Source: a virus. Taken from it: a DNA stretch of 64,000 nt. Below, in pieces: positions 1-8,133 of this stretch (its first letter is position 1; each line of letters starts with the position of its first letter). The position numbers were made by a program, and so were the translations under genes. Location of the stretch: positions 15,999 to 79,998 of IMG/VR virus record IMGVR_UViG_3300027857_000016. The stretch is one strand, 5' to 3'. The notes under the pieces were generated by a model that did not search any database, had not been told where the DNA came from, and saw only the letters and a program-made list of their open reading frames with translations.

Positions 1-8
1 GAACAGAG

Positions 9-431
9 ATGCAACAAGAACGCATAGACGCCATGTCTGCTCTCATGGTACAAGTCAGAAAAGCACAGCAGGATATTGGTGAAGTCCTGGTGGCCTCTCT
101 TGCAGATGCCGCGAAAGAATTAGGCAGCGTTGAGGCTCTCGTTCATGGACGCCCTGGCTCCTGGGAAGCCGATATTGTTCGACGGATGGCGCTCGCTGGT
201 CACTACGTGAGAGTGACCAACCTGGACGAGAGCGTGGTCCGTGGACTGTCTGTCCTCTTCATCGAAATGGGAGAGGCGCGAGAAGACGGTGGTGATATCC
301 TCTCTCAGGCAATGGGACAGGCAGTCAATGAGTTGGGTGGACTCAAGGAGTTTGCCGGAGACAGTCAGTGGTATTGGGATCTCGTCAATATCGGGTGCCA
401 GTATTCACGCTATCCGTTCCCAGTGAAGTAG
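9..431 (+). CDS. Hypothetical protein with weak internal duplication
   Basis: 140-aa ORF; two similar halves (AAKELGSVEAL / AVNELGGLKEF). Confidence 0.65.
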   Translation: MQQERIDAMSALMVQVRKAQQDIGEVLVASLADAAKELGSVEALVHGRPGSWEADIVRRMALAGHYVRVTNLDESVVRGLSVLFIEMGEAREDGGDILSQAMGQAVNELGGLKEFAGDSQWYWDLVNIGCQYSRYPFPVK

Positions 432-494
432 CTCTAGATCCAATATGGTATACTCTCCCATGTGAGAGAATGCATGTCCCTGAAGGAAAGGGAG

Positions 495-524
495 ACAACG
501 CCCACCAGTCTTGGTGGGCGTTGT
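495..524. terminator. 13-bp stem-loop between convergent genes
   Basis: ACAACGCCCACCA-gtct-TGGTGGGCGTTGT. Confidence 0.6.
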
Positions 525-542
525 TCGCTAGCTATGACTTGT

Positions 543-611
543 AGGGGTAGAGCTATGTAAGGTGACACCCGCTACTTTGCGGCGGGTGTCACCTTACATA
601 GCTCTACCCCT
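543..611. repeat. Perfect 30-bp inverted repeat, 9-nt loop
   Basis: 543-572 is the exact reverse complement of 582-611. Confidence 0.95.
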
Positions 612-618
612 TGTAATG

Positions 619-1215
619 CTAAATGGACGCGCTGCGAGGCATGATATGAAGTTCGTAGTCTGAATGGCATCGTATTCTGTTCACAGGTTTTTTTCTATCA
701 GCATACATGATCCATACTGAGTCTCCATTTTGTTTGACGTTTGTGACGAGTCCAACTGGGTCTAGACCCAGGTCTAAGTGATCGCCCTGGATGACCTGAT
801 TTGCATGTACTTTGAGTGGTTCTATGTAACTAACCGCTTCTAAAGAGAAGTTAATGGGAAGCAATATTTCCTGTTTTCGATGAGAAGTACCTCGTGCTTG
901 ATTCGCCCTGTCTTTGGTGGCTTGCGATAGTGGCATATATTGGATATTTGTTAAGAGAATATTTTGCTGAGTATATGCATGAATGTAGTACCTTTCCCTT
1001 GTTTTTGCTTTCTCTTTGCCTTCTACAATCTCAATGATGTTCATTTTGGGCAGCAAATTTTCGGATTGGATCTCACTTATTCTTGTGCTTTTTACTTCAT
1101 TTGTATCTTTTACTGTCAGGTGTTGCATCATTCTCCCATTGGGATGGTTTGTGATTCCAATGTAAAAGGTCTGGTCTGTTCGAGGGTCAATGAGTTCGTA
1201 GACGAAATAGAGCAT
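619..1215 (-). CDS. GIY-YIG nuclease family protein
   Basis: YFVYELIDPR..FYIGIT..RMMQH..ERYYI..LTN motifs; GGAGAGGA RBS before ATG at 1215. Confidence 0.85.
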   Translation of the reverse strand: MLYFVYELIDPRTDQTFYIGITNHPNGRMMQHLTVKDTNEVKSTRISEIQSENLLPKMNIIEIVEGKEKAKTRERYYIHAYTQQNILLTNIQYMPLSQATKDRANQARGTSHRKQEILLPINFSLEAVSYIEPLKVHANQVIQGDHLDLGLDPVGLVTNVKQNGDSVWIMYADRKKPVNRIRCHSDYELHIMPRSASI

Positions 1216-1231
1216 ATTCCTCTCCTTGTGG

Positions 1232-1266
1232 GTAATGATATATAACAACGTGTTACATATCATTAC
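1232..1266. promoter_or_regulatory. 16-bp imperfect inverted repeat (operator or leader hairpin)
   Basis: GTAATGATATATAACA-acg-TGTTACATATCATTAC, one mismatch, between the promoter and RBS of the GIY-YIG gene. Confidence 0.55.
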
Positions 1267-1293
1267 TATACGTTATTTGGTTGGTAAAATCAA
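1265..1293 (-). promoter_or_regulatory. Sigma70-like promoter of GIY-YIG gene
   Basis: TTGATT-17-TATAGT on minus strand. Confidence 0.6.
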
Positions 1294-1324
1294 GTATTAT
1301 TCAAAACTAATCGTTTGGCTTAAG

Positions 1325-1359
1325 CGATAAAAGACGCCTTCCCAACAGGGAAGGCGTCT
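1325..1359 (-). terminator. Rho-independent terminator of the regulator gene
   Basis: 12-bp stem AGACGCCTTCCC/GGGAAGGCGTCT followed by T-run on minus strand, 3 nt after the stop. Confidence 0.75.
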
Positions 1360-1362
1360 GAT

Positions 1363-2244
1363 CTAATCTCCAGGATGTCGGTGTTGCTGCCAATTATTGA
1401 GGGATACCGCATATTCTGAATGTTTGAGGAACAACTCTCCGAGAGCACGTTGATATGCTTTCAGAAGTGGGACCGATGAGTTGAGAATATCAAGCCAGTA
1501 CGTGTACCGCCTTCTGACAGGTTCTGCATATTGTCTCATGTGCATTCTCACGCTCAACAGAATACCACTTTTGGATTCGGTATAGGCGTAAAGGCGAGGT
1601 ATGATAATTCCCTGTTTGCCTAGTTGCTCTAACTCTTTGCTGACTCCACGTAACAGTATGCCTGTATGTCTACGTCGCAAAGATCGCTTGATACTAGGAT
1701 CACTACCAATGCTTACGATGATGCATCCAGTAGGTTTGCCTGGCTCCAGTTTCTGTACCATCTCTCCAGTGATATCTCTCCCACGAAATTCATTGCGCAT
1801 ATAGGCTTCGATACGCTCATCAGTAAGTGCGACGATATGAAGGTAGGCTACTACATCACCATTGGATTTCCTGACTACGTAATGTCCCTTTGGCTCCTTC
1901 TCAAACCATTCTGTGCGTGTTGGTGTCTGGATAGGGCGAAGTGTTGCTGTCTTAAAAAGCTTCTCAGAGACAAGAGTTATTTTTTCGAGGTCACCAATAG
2001 TTGCTGGAGAGAATTGTACATCTGTCTCTTCGGTCAGTTTTCCCTTTTCTTCTCTCACCAACTTCTCTAATTCTTGAATTTTATAATATTTTTGTTTGCG
2101 AGATTCCGGTCCATGTCGCAGCAAGCGTCCTTGCTTTACGTATTTATAGACCATACCCTCGCTTATATGAAGCCCATGATTGTCTAAAAATTGTATGGCA
2201 TCCTTTAGGTTGAGATGTCCTTCAGGTGGTAGTGGTCGTGGCAT
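1363..2244 (-). CDS. MerR-type HTH plus GNAT-like fold regulator (probable repressor)
   Basis: N-terminal LNLKDAIQFL..ISEGMVYKYVKQGRL HTH; C-terminal GNAT-like pattern (VVAYLHIV, IVSIGSDP..RRRHTGILL, LYAYTESKSG); divergent from the lytic operon. Confidence 0.7.
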   Translation of the reverse strand: MPRPLPPEGHLNLKDAIQFLDNHGLHISEGMVYKYVKQGRLLRHGPESRKQKYYKIQELEKLVREEKGKLTEETDVQFSPATIGDLEKITLVSEKLFKTATLRPIQTPTRTEWFEKEPKGHYVVRKSNGDVVAYLHIVALTDERIEAYMRNEFRGRDITGEMVQKLEPGKPTGCIIVSIGSDPSIKRSLRRRHTGILLRGVSKELEQLGKQGIIIPRLYAYTESKSGILLSVRMHMRQYAEPVRRRYTYWLDILNSSVPLLKAYQRALGELFLKHSEYAVSLNNWQQHRHPGD

Positions 2245-2396
2245 GCAGTGCTCTTATGCCTCCCCGTGCGTGTTTAGCTAAGTATACGGTATTCCCTACC
2301 ATTTTTACAATCCCTACAATAATTACTGGACAATATTCTCATGATAGCGATATTTCCCATTTTTGTCCGATAATCAAAATTTGGTTGTGAAAACAC

Positions 2397-2425
2397 TTGA
2401 CTTTAGCCAACCGATAGAGTAAACT
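2397..2425 (+). promoter_or_regulatory. Rightward early promoter
   Basis: TTGACT-17-TAAACT upstream of 2463; a leftward TTGTAA-18-TATACT lies at 2310-2281. Confidence 0.65.
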
Positions 2426-2462
2426 AACAAATAAGAACACTAATGAACATTCGAGTTGTAGG

Positions 2463-2669
2463 ATGGCAATGATAGAGATCAAAGGAGAGACGTATCTACT
2501 GGCGTGTGAGGCAGCGAAAACATTAGGAGTTGCACGGACTACGTTTTATGGGCGATATCGGGAATTGCTTCAGGCATTTAGAATTGGGGCGAGGCGGCGA
2601 ATACACTATAGGCTATCAGATATAGAGCAATTGAACAAAGCGGAACCGATAGTGGCGCAAGGGGGATGA
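2463..2669 (+). CDS. Small excisionase/Cro-like HTH protein
   Basis: YLLACEAAKTLGVARTTFY..YRLSDIEQL, HTH_17/MerR-like pattern. Confidence 0.8.
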   Translation: MAMIEIKGETYLLACEAAKTLGVARTTFYGRYRELLQAFRIGARRRIHYRLSDIEQLNKAEPIVAQGG

Positions 2670-2731
2670 GTCCATCTTGCCCATGATACCATTCATACTG
2701 TGAATGCTTTTGCGATAGAAGGAGAGAAACG

Positions 2732-2929
2732 ATGGAAGAAGAAGTGGCGGTGGTCGTGACGGACGATCCACGGCTGGGGCGCTATGCGACGGACTGTGAA
2801 GGGTTTCGTGGGAGGATCAGCACCATTTGGCGATGTTCCGATGGGTCTGAGTTGTTTGAGATCAGCGATGGTGGACATGCTCATGGCGGATTGGAACGAG
2901 ATCAAATCCAGATAGAGGAGGCAGAGTGA
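2732..2929 (+). CDS. Hypothetical protein
   Basis: GGAGAG RBS; overlaps next start. Confidence 0.6.
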   Translation: MEEEVAVVVTDDPRLGRYATDCEGFRGRISTIWRCSDGSELFEISDGGHAHGGLERDQIQIEEAE

Positions 2930-3195
2930 TGGAACGAGTAGAGGTTGAGCGACTACTGCAGGAGGCGAGGGAGATTCCTGTTGAGATGGGGCAGGCGAGC
3001 GCCATTAGTCAGGTTCAGGTCGCATTGCAACGTGGGATACCTGGGCAGGAAACGGCTAATGGCGGTGACGATGATCCTGTAGGTGGACCAGAAGGGACCA
3101 TTCCTCGGTTTAGCCACCTCTTTGTGGACTGGTGGCGGTCTGGAGGCCCTGTCACCTCAGAATTGGTGGATGAAGTCTGCGCATTGATGCAATGA
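2926..3195 (+). CDS. Hypothetical protein
   Basis: GAGGAGG RBS, coupled to upstream stop. Confidence 0.6.
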   Translation: MMERVEVERLLQEAREIPVEMGQASAISQVQVALQRGIPGQETANGGDDDPVGGPEGTIPRFSHLFVDWWRSGGPVTSELVDEVCALMQ

Positions 3196-3420
3196 CAGAA
3201 AGATGTGGGAGGGAATGGGTATGTGTTTTTTGTAGCGTGTTTGATAGGGCAACACCAGACATCTGGTGAGGATTGAAACTAGCGCGGTCACTAGAGCTTG
3301 TCAATCGGGCACTCAGCGGGTTGATAAGCATGTGGTGAGTGAGCCACGAGTCGTTGTAGTGCGGTTTGTCGTTTGAATCTGTCATGCGGATTTTGTAGGT
3401 GTCGTTCTCGTAGTTTTTGC

Positions 3421-3455
3421 GCTCTGTGCCAGTGTTGTTACCACTGGCACAGAGC
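3421..3455 (+). promoter_or_regulatory. Perfect 14-bp stem-loop in early operon leader
   Basis: GCTCTGTGCCAGTG-ttgttac-CACTGGCACAGAGC; no U-tract on + strand. Confidence 0.55.
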
Positions 3456-3482
3456 TGACCGCAAACGTGAAAGGCCACGTTC

Positions 3483-3809
3483 ATGGCTTCCGCCATAGTA
3501 GCATCTCCAGTGGATGCGCACAAGCAAATAAGTCAAAGTGTCACCCAATTTCCTACTGTCACTGTATCGTCGTCTCTTCCCGGTCTCACCGTGCTGCATT
3601 ACCCGATACCCGGTGATTCTACACGGGAATGCGTCATTCTTGAGCACAGGGAGCCATTTCATCCAACCCTGGCAACTGGCGTGCGTCGTCTGAGTGGGAA
3701 GACATCTGCGAAGGCTCGCCGTGTCCCTATGTTGCTCAGTCATGATGGGACTGTCTACTCGTCCAGCGTGTTCGCACCTCTGGGGAGCCAGGTGGAGGTG
3801 AGACGATGA
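3483..3809 (+). CDS. Hypothetical protein
   Basis: ORF coupled to downstream gene. Confidence 0.55.
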   Translation: MASAIVASPVDAHKQISQSVTQFPTVTVSSSLPGLTVLHYPIPGDSTRECVILEHREPFHPTLATGVRRLSGKTSAKARRVPMLLSHDGTVYSSSVFAPLGSQVEVRR

Positions 3810-4015
3810 TGAAAAACACCACGAATGATGAATTGTATATCGTCGTCACTGATGAGAGCACAGAACCGCCAACAACCAGCGAATGGAGTACTGACTGTGC
3901 CTGGTGTCTTGTTGAACAGGGTAGTGAATTAGGCGAGGGTTCACACGGAATATGCTCTCCTCATGCAGAAGCCGTTTATGCTTCCTATCAAGCACGGCAT
4001 GGGAGGGCAGCATGA
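3806..4015 (+). CDS. Small Cys/His zinc-binding hypothetical protein
   Basis: CAWC...SHGICSPH motif; GGAGGTG RBS. Confidence 0.7.
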   Translation: MMKNTTNDELYIVVTDESTEPPTTSEWSTDCAWCLVEQGSELGEGSHGICSPHAEAVYASYQARHGRAA

Positions 4016-4287
4016 GCGAGACAGAAGAGAGGCAAGAGGGGTTGCCTGACTTGACGCCAGTCCAGGTAAGTTGGGAAAGCATCCGTCTCCCTGGTGGAAG
4101 TCGGGTCGTGACCGTCAGGAGTAATCGACCCCTTTTCAGGATGATGGTCATCACGGGGAAGCAGCATACGGAACAGGCAGTCTATCAGGACTCGTTCGGG
4201 TATGTGGCGACCTTCCAGATCCCAAACGGTGGGAGCGTTGATGGAACGTTCTTCATCATGCCACAGGGGAAGTTGGTGGAGCGATGA
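4012..4287 (+). CDS. Hypothetical protein
   Basis: GGGAGGG RBS, ATGA coupling. Confidence 0.6.
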   Translation: MSETEERQEGLPDLTPVQVSWESIRLPGGSRVVTVRSNRPLFRMMVITGKQHTEQAVYQDSFGYVATFQIPNGGSVDGTFFIMPQGKLVER

Positions 4288-4559
4288 GCGAGATGGTACC
4301 AGGGACACTCACCATTCACCTCATCCAGGGCGATGTGGACCTGCACGCTATTGGGGTGCCACGGTTCGTAGAAGAAACGGCTTCCTGGGTCAGTTGGACC
4401 ATCACCGGATCTCATCCGTTTGTCATGGGGGATCAGGCAAGCGAGGAGTACAAGGAGGGATATCACGTGGTCCAGCGACTCCTGCCAGTTGATGCTGAGG
4501 TGAAGGTGTTGATCAAGGGGCTTCTTCTTACGGTGCAGAAGGGAGTGGGAAAGGAATGA
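4284..4559 (+). CDS. Hypothetical protein
   Basis: ATGA coupling at both ends. Confidence 0.6.
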   Translation: MSEMVPGTLTIHLIQGDVDLHAIGVPRFVEETASWVSWTITGSHPFVMGDQASEEYKEGYHVVQRLLPVDAEVKVLIKGLLLTVQKGVGKE

Positions 4560-4801
4560 GCATTTGGCACTGTCCCTCCTGTACGGGTGTCTGGACGCAG
4601 CGAGGGGTGATCTGGTCTTGTGTGCAAGATCATCCTGAGCAAGAAGACCTGCCAGACTTCTCTACCTGGAGCGGGGAAACACTGAGGTGGCTGTACGACA
4701 TCCTGCAGAAGTGGCCGCAGGAGTCTCGCCCTCCGAACGTGCAGGAAACGATCAGGCGGATTGAGCAGGTGATGGATGAGCGGAAGAGAGGGATGTCATG
4801 A
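4556..4801 (+). CDS. Hypothetical protein (N-terminal CxxC)
   Basis: ATGA coupling. Confidence 0.6.
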   Translation: MSIWHCPSCTGVWTQRGVIWSCVQDHPEQEDLPDFSTWSGETLRWLYDILQKWPQESRPPNVQETIRRIEQVMDERKRGMS

Positions 4802-5124
4802 ATCGGCTTTCTGAAAACTGGGGTGTCTATGGGTGGAAGCTCATTCCTCACCTCATCAGTGATTGTGTCACGGAGATGAACACACGACAGCGGATCAGCA
4901 TGGGGGTGCTGATGGTGTTTGTGTATGCTCTGGTTGCAAAAGTGGATTGGGGAGAGTGGCTCCCGCTTATCGGGGTCCTGCTCTGGGTGACGGTGGCATG
5001 GAGTATGTGCCTCATCGGGGAAGGCTGGTCTGTGCATTGTGCCTCTCGCTATGGTGAGTCCGAGTCTCTCACAGACGAGGAAGGTATGGGAACTCTCGAT
5101 GTGGAACAGGAGGAGCGGGTGTGA
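4798..5124 (+). CDS. Small membrane protein (2 TM)
   Basis: Two hydrophobic segments; coupled starts. Confidence 0.55.
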   Translation: MNRLSENWGVYGWKLIPHLISDCVTEMNTRQRISMGVLMVFVYALVAKVDWGEWLPLIGVLLWVTVAWSMCLIGEGWSVHCASRYGESESLTDEEGMGTLDVEQEERV

Positions 5125-5690
5125 GGAGGAAGCGATGTGTACGGCAGGTTCTGCAGATGTCTCTTTGTCTGGTTGTTCTCTTCTTTGTGATGGTCATGGG
5201 TACTGCGTGTACGAAGGCAGAGCAACAAACCTTTGGCACCAATGGGGATGGGTTCTATTCAGTGATCGGGGTGCCAACGATCACTGTGTCAAAGATAGAT
5301 AGTATTCTCTGTAACGCTGGCAGTCCCGCGTGTGGGACGGGTAAAAGCCTGTATGACCTGGGAGTGCAGTACACCATTAACCCAGTGTACGCACTGGCCT
5401 GGTTTCGTCAGGAGTCAACGTATGGCACCGCTGGCGTAGCACGTTCCACCCATGCGTTGGGCAATATTCAGTGTTCGCATGGATATGCCTGTTATCAAGG
5501 GTTTCGGTCTTACTCGGGTTGGGTGGTAGGCTACGAGGATTGGTACAAACTTATTGCTGGACCGGTTTATGTAGGGTCTGGTCTGACCACGGTGAATGCT
5601 ATTGCACAGAAATATGCTCCATCTGGCAGTAACAACACGATTCAGTATGTCAGGAGTATCGAGTCTTTTGTGGACTCGTGTAGTGCGTAG
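5121..5690 (+). CDS. Exported/anchored glucosaminidase-like peptidoglycan hydrolase
   Basis: Basic N-terminus plus hydrophobic signal ending GTAC; INPVYALAWFRQESTYGT..ALGNI..FRSYSGW..KYAP lysozyme-fold (GH73-like) pattern. Confidence 0.8.
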   Translation: MRRKRCVRQVLQMSLCLVVLFFVMVMGTACTKAEQQTFGTNGDGFYSVIGVPTITVSKIDSILCNAGSPACGTGKSLYDLGVQYTINPVYALAWFRQESTYGTAGVARSTHALGNIQCSHGYACYQGFRSYSGWVVGYEDWYKLIAGPVYVGSGLTTVNAIAQKYAPSGSNNTIQYVRSIESFVDSCSA

Positions 5691-5731
5691 AAACCGTCCT
5701 GCCGGGCTTGACAGGACGGAAAGGAAAAGAT

Positions 5732-6367
5732 ATGAGCGCAGAATTTCGCGGGGCGAAGAAAACCTCGAAACTGGAGGATACCCTGGATGATACGGCTTTC
5801 GAGGCGATCCCTGAACATCCTCCCTATCTCAAGTTTGGCATTGGCGTCTGTGAGTTCCTGTTTGGATTTGTCTGCAATTTCGTGCAGGTGGTGACTTCGA
5901 CGATTGGAATCTTGTCTCTCGTCCTGGGGTCATCCATCGCGCTGGTGGGCCTCACTCATCTCATGGGGGTTTATCCGTATGCTGCTACCATCGCGCTGGT
6001 GATTGCCTGTGCGATCCAATTGTTCTTGCACAAAAATGCGCAGTCGATGAGCAGCACCTATCAGCGTCTCAGACAGATCCAGCATTTCAATATCAAGAGT
6101 GTGAATGCTCTCTCGGATGTGAAGGAGGCGATCACCGTCAACTCGGTCTACTTTGCACTGGCGCTTGCCGCCGATATCATCAGCGATGCTACCTTTGTCA
6201 ATCTCTATTCACGTAATGCCTATGTCATCGTCGGTTGGATGCTTTTCCTAACCGGATCAAGCACATTGCTCATGTATGATGGCGCGACAAGGGTGTGGGG
6301 CGCGATTGAGGACTTCAAAGACTATGCCGCCTATCATGCGAGGCACGCTGCCAAAGACACGAAATAG
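5732..6367 (+). CDS. Multi-pass membrane protein
   Basis: About 4-5 hydrophobic segments; AAGGA RBS. Confidence 0.75.
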   Translation: MSAEFRGAKKTSKLEDTLDDTAFEAIPEHPPYLKFGIGVCEFLFGFVCNFVQVVTSTIGILSLVLGSSIALVGLTHLMGVYPYAATIALVIACAIQLFLHKNAQSMSSTYQRLRQIQHFNIKSVNALSDVKEAITVNSVYFALALAADIISDATFVNLYSRNAYVIVGWMLFLTGSSTLLMYDGATRVWGAIEDFKDYAAYHARHAAKDTK

Positions 6368-6370
6368 GAG

Positions 6371-7999
6371 ATGCTCATGGGCTTTTTATTCCCGTATATC
6401 AATAGGTTGAGGAACCCAATCTACCTGGTGATCCTGGTGATCCTGGTTGGGTTCCTCGCGTCCCAGTTTTCCGGTTTGGGGATGGACGGTATCACCTATG
6501 CAGTTCTAGGTGCTGCCGCCATTGTTGTGCTCATTCCACTCGTTGGATCTGCGATAAAAACAGGGTGGCACGCCATGATTCATGGGGAGTCTGGTGTGCT
6601 TGATTTCGCGGTCTCACCAGGCGGATATCGTCGAGCAAGGCAAGCAGAGACAGAAGAGGAGCAGGTCGCGCAATCTATTGTGCAGCCTACTCCCAACCGT
6701 CCATTTATTATTGATGCTTTGCCATCTGTTGCATCTTCTTCGTCTGTACAGGTTTCTCCGACTGCTGTGGTAAAAGGATCGTCGATGACAGTAGCACCCT
6801 ATCGCGGTGGTCTGCTTGAGACGAAGCTGAACCTTTCTGCTGACTGTAAGCCTCCTATCAACTTTGTGCTTGGTCGGGCGATTCTGGGCGTTGGTCAACG
6901 TGGATCTGGGAAGACGAATCTAGCAGCCCGTCTCATTGAGCAGATTGGGCAGTTCCCTATCCCGATGGCGATCTTCGACTATGAGGAGGACTACCTGACG
7001 CTGCCAGCCCTCTCGAAGGTGAAGCCGAACGTGCTCAACCGTTGCGTCATTGCAGGGAGACCTGATTGGGAGGAAGCGTTCCGCTACCGGGAATACTATT
7101 GGCAGGTGGATACGGAAAATGCTAGAGAAGTGGGCTATGAGATCTTAGAGCAGGGGGTGCAACTCGTTCTAGAGGTTGGGACGTATCTGACCCTGGAAGA
7201 GGGTGCTCGCATCATGACTGAGATCATTCGCGGCATGTTTGACTGGGCCAATGAGCAAGATCCGAAGAAGCGTGTTCCCAATCTGGTCTTGCTCGACGAG
7301 GCACAGCACTTCCTGCCTCAGAACTCTGGCGTCTCCAATATTCGTGAGGAGGAAGCTGGCGAACTGCTCAAGGCATTCATGGACATCAATGCCCGTGGCC
7401 GCAAGCGTGGATTTACCCCTGCTATCTTCACGCAGCGTATTGCTCAGATCCGCAAAGAGGTGATCGCTGGATCTGAGATCTACTTCCTCATGCGCCAGAC
7501 GATCAGCAATGACCTGCAGGTCTATGAGGGACTATTGGGCAAGGATGACAACAATAAGCAGCGTCTGGACCGGAGGACAGTGCAGGCATTTGAGAAAGGT
7601 GATGGGATTGTCTTTGAGGGTGGAGAGATGTTCATCACGCACTTCGATGAGCGTGAGTCGGAACATCGCGGGAACACACCGAAGCTGGAGCAGGCCCTCA
7701 ACCGTTACGGGGACAGACCATTGGCACAGCGGTCCAGAAACAAATCACCTCTTGTACCAGATGAAGAGATCGAGGATGAGGATGAACAGGAACTGGAGTG
7801 CATGCAGTTGGGGAAAGATGTTTTTATCACGATGGACCAGTTTGCTTTAGCGGTCAAGTTGCGCAAAGAAGGTCTCTCAAAGGGGTATCGAGATTTAATG
7901 CCTGTGTTTGAGTTATCAGAGCATCACGCCAAAGAGTTGAACAAGCGTATCCGAGAAGTGTTGGGTCAGGAACCTGAACAAGAGGGCAATGGAGTCTGA
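6371..7999 (+). CDS. Membrane-anchored HerA/FtsK-superfamily ATPase (TraB-like architecture)
   Basis: Two N-terminal TM helices, Walker A GQRGSGKT, Walker B LLDEAQ, ARGRKRG and TQR motifs, small C-terminal helical domain. Confidence 0.85.
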   Translation: MLMGFLFPYINRLRNPIYLVILVILVGFLASQFSGLGMDGITYAVLGAAAIVVLIPLVGSAIKTGWHAMIHGESGVLDFAVSPGGYRRARQAETEEEQVAQSIVQPTPNRPFIIDALPSVASSSSVQVSPTAVVKGSSMTVAPYRGGLLETKLNLSADCKPPINFVLGRAILGVGQRGSGKTNLAARLIEQIGQFPIPMAIFDYEEDYLTLPALSKVKPNVLNRCVIAGRPDWEEAFRYREYYWQVDTENAREVGYEILEQGVQLVLEVGTYLTLEEGARIMTEIIRGMFDWANEQDPKKRVPNLVLLDEAQHFLPQNSGVSNIREEEAGELLKAFMDINARGRKRGFTPAIFTQRIAQIRKEVIAGSEIYFLMRQTISNDLQVYEGLLGKDDNNKQRLDRRTVQAFEKGDGIVFEGGEMFITHFDERESEHRGNTPKLEQALNRYGDRPLAQRSRNKSPLVPDEEIEDEDEQELECMQLGKDVFITMDQFALAVKLRKEGLSKGYRDLMPVFELSEHHAKELNKRIREVLGQEPEQEGNGV

Positions 8000-8098
8000 G
8001 AGAGTGAGTGAGAGACTGCGAGGGGACCCCATTTTGTGCTCGGAGAGACTTCTCTCACTCACTCTCGCGCCATTTTCTCTCACTCTCTCAGCACTCTC
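7997..8098. repeat. CACTCTC repeat cluster with 16-bp inverted repeat (candidate clt-like site)
   Basis: 8000-8015 is the reverse complement of 8051-8066; CACTCTC at 8060, 8081, 8092 and inverted at 8000. Confidence 0.75.
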
Positions 8099-8133
8099 GC
8101 GGTACATTAGTCTTTCGAAAGGACTTGTAGGTT

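Noticed and set aside
543-611. Protelomerase (telRL) site
   Set aside because: 9-nt non-palindromic centre and no protelomerase gene seen; retained only as an unexplained inverted repeat
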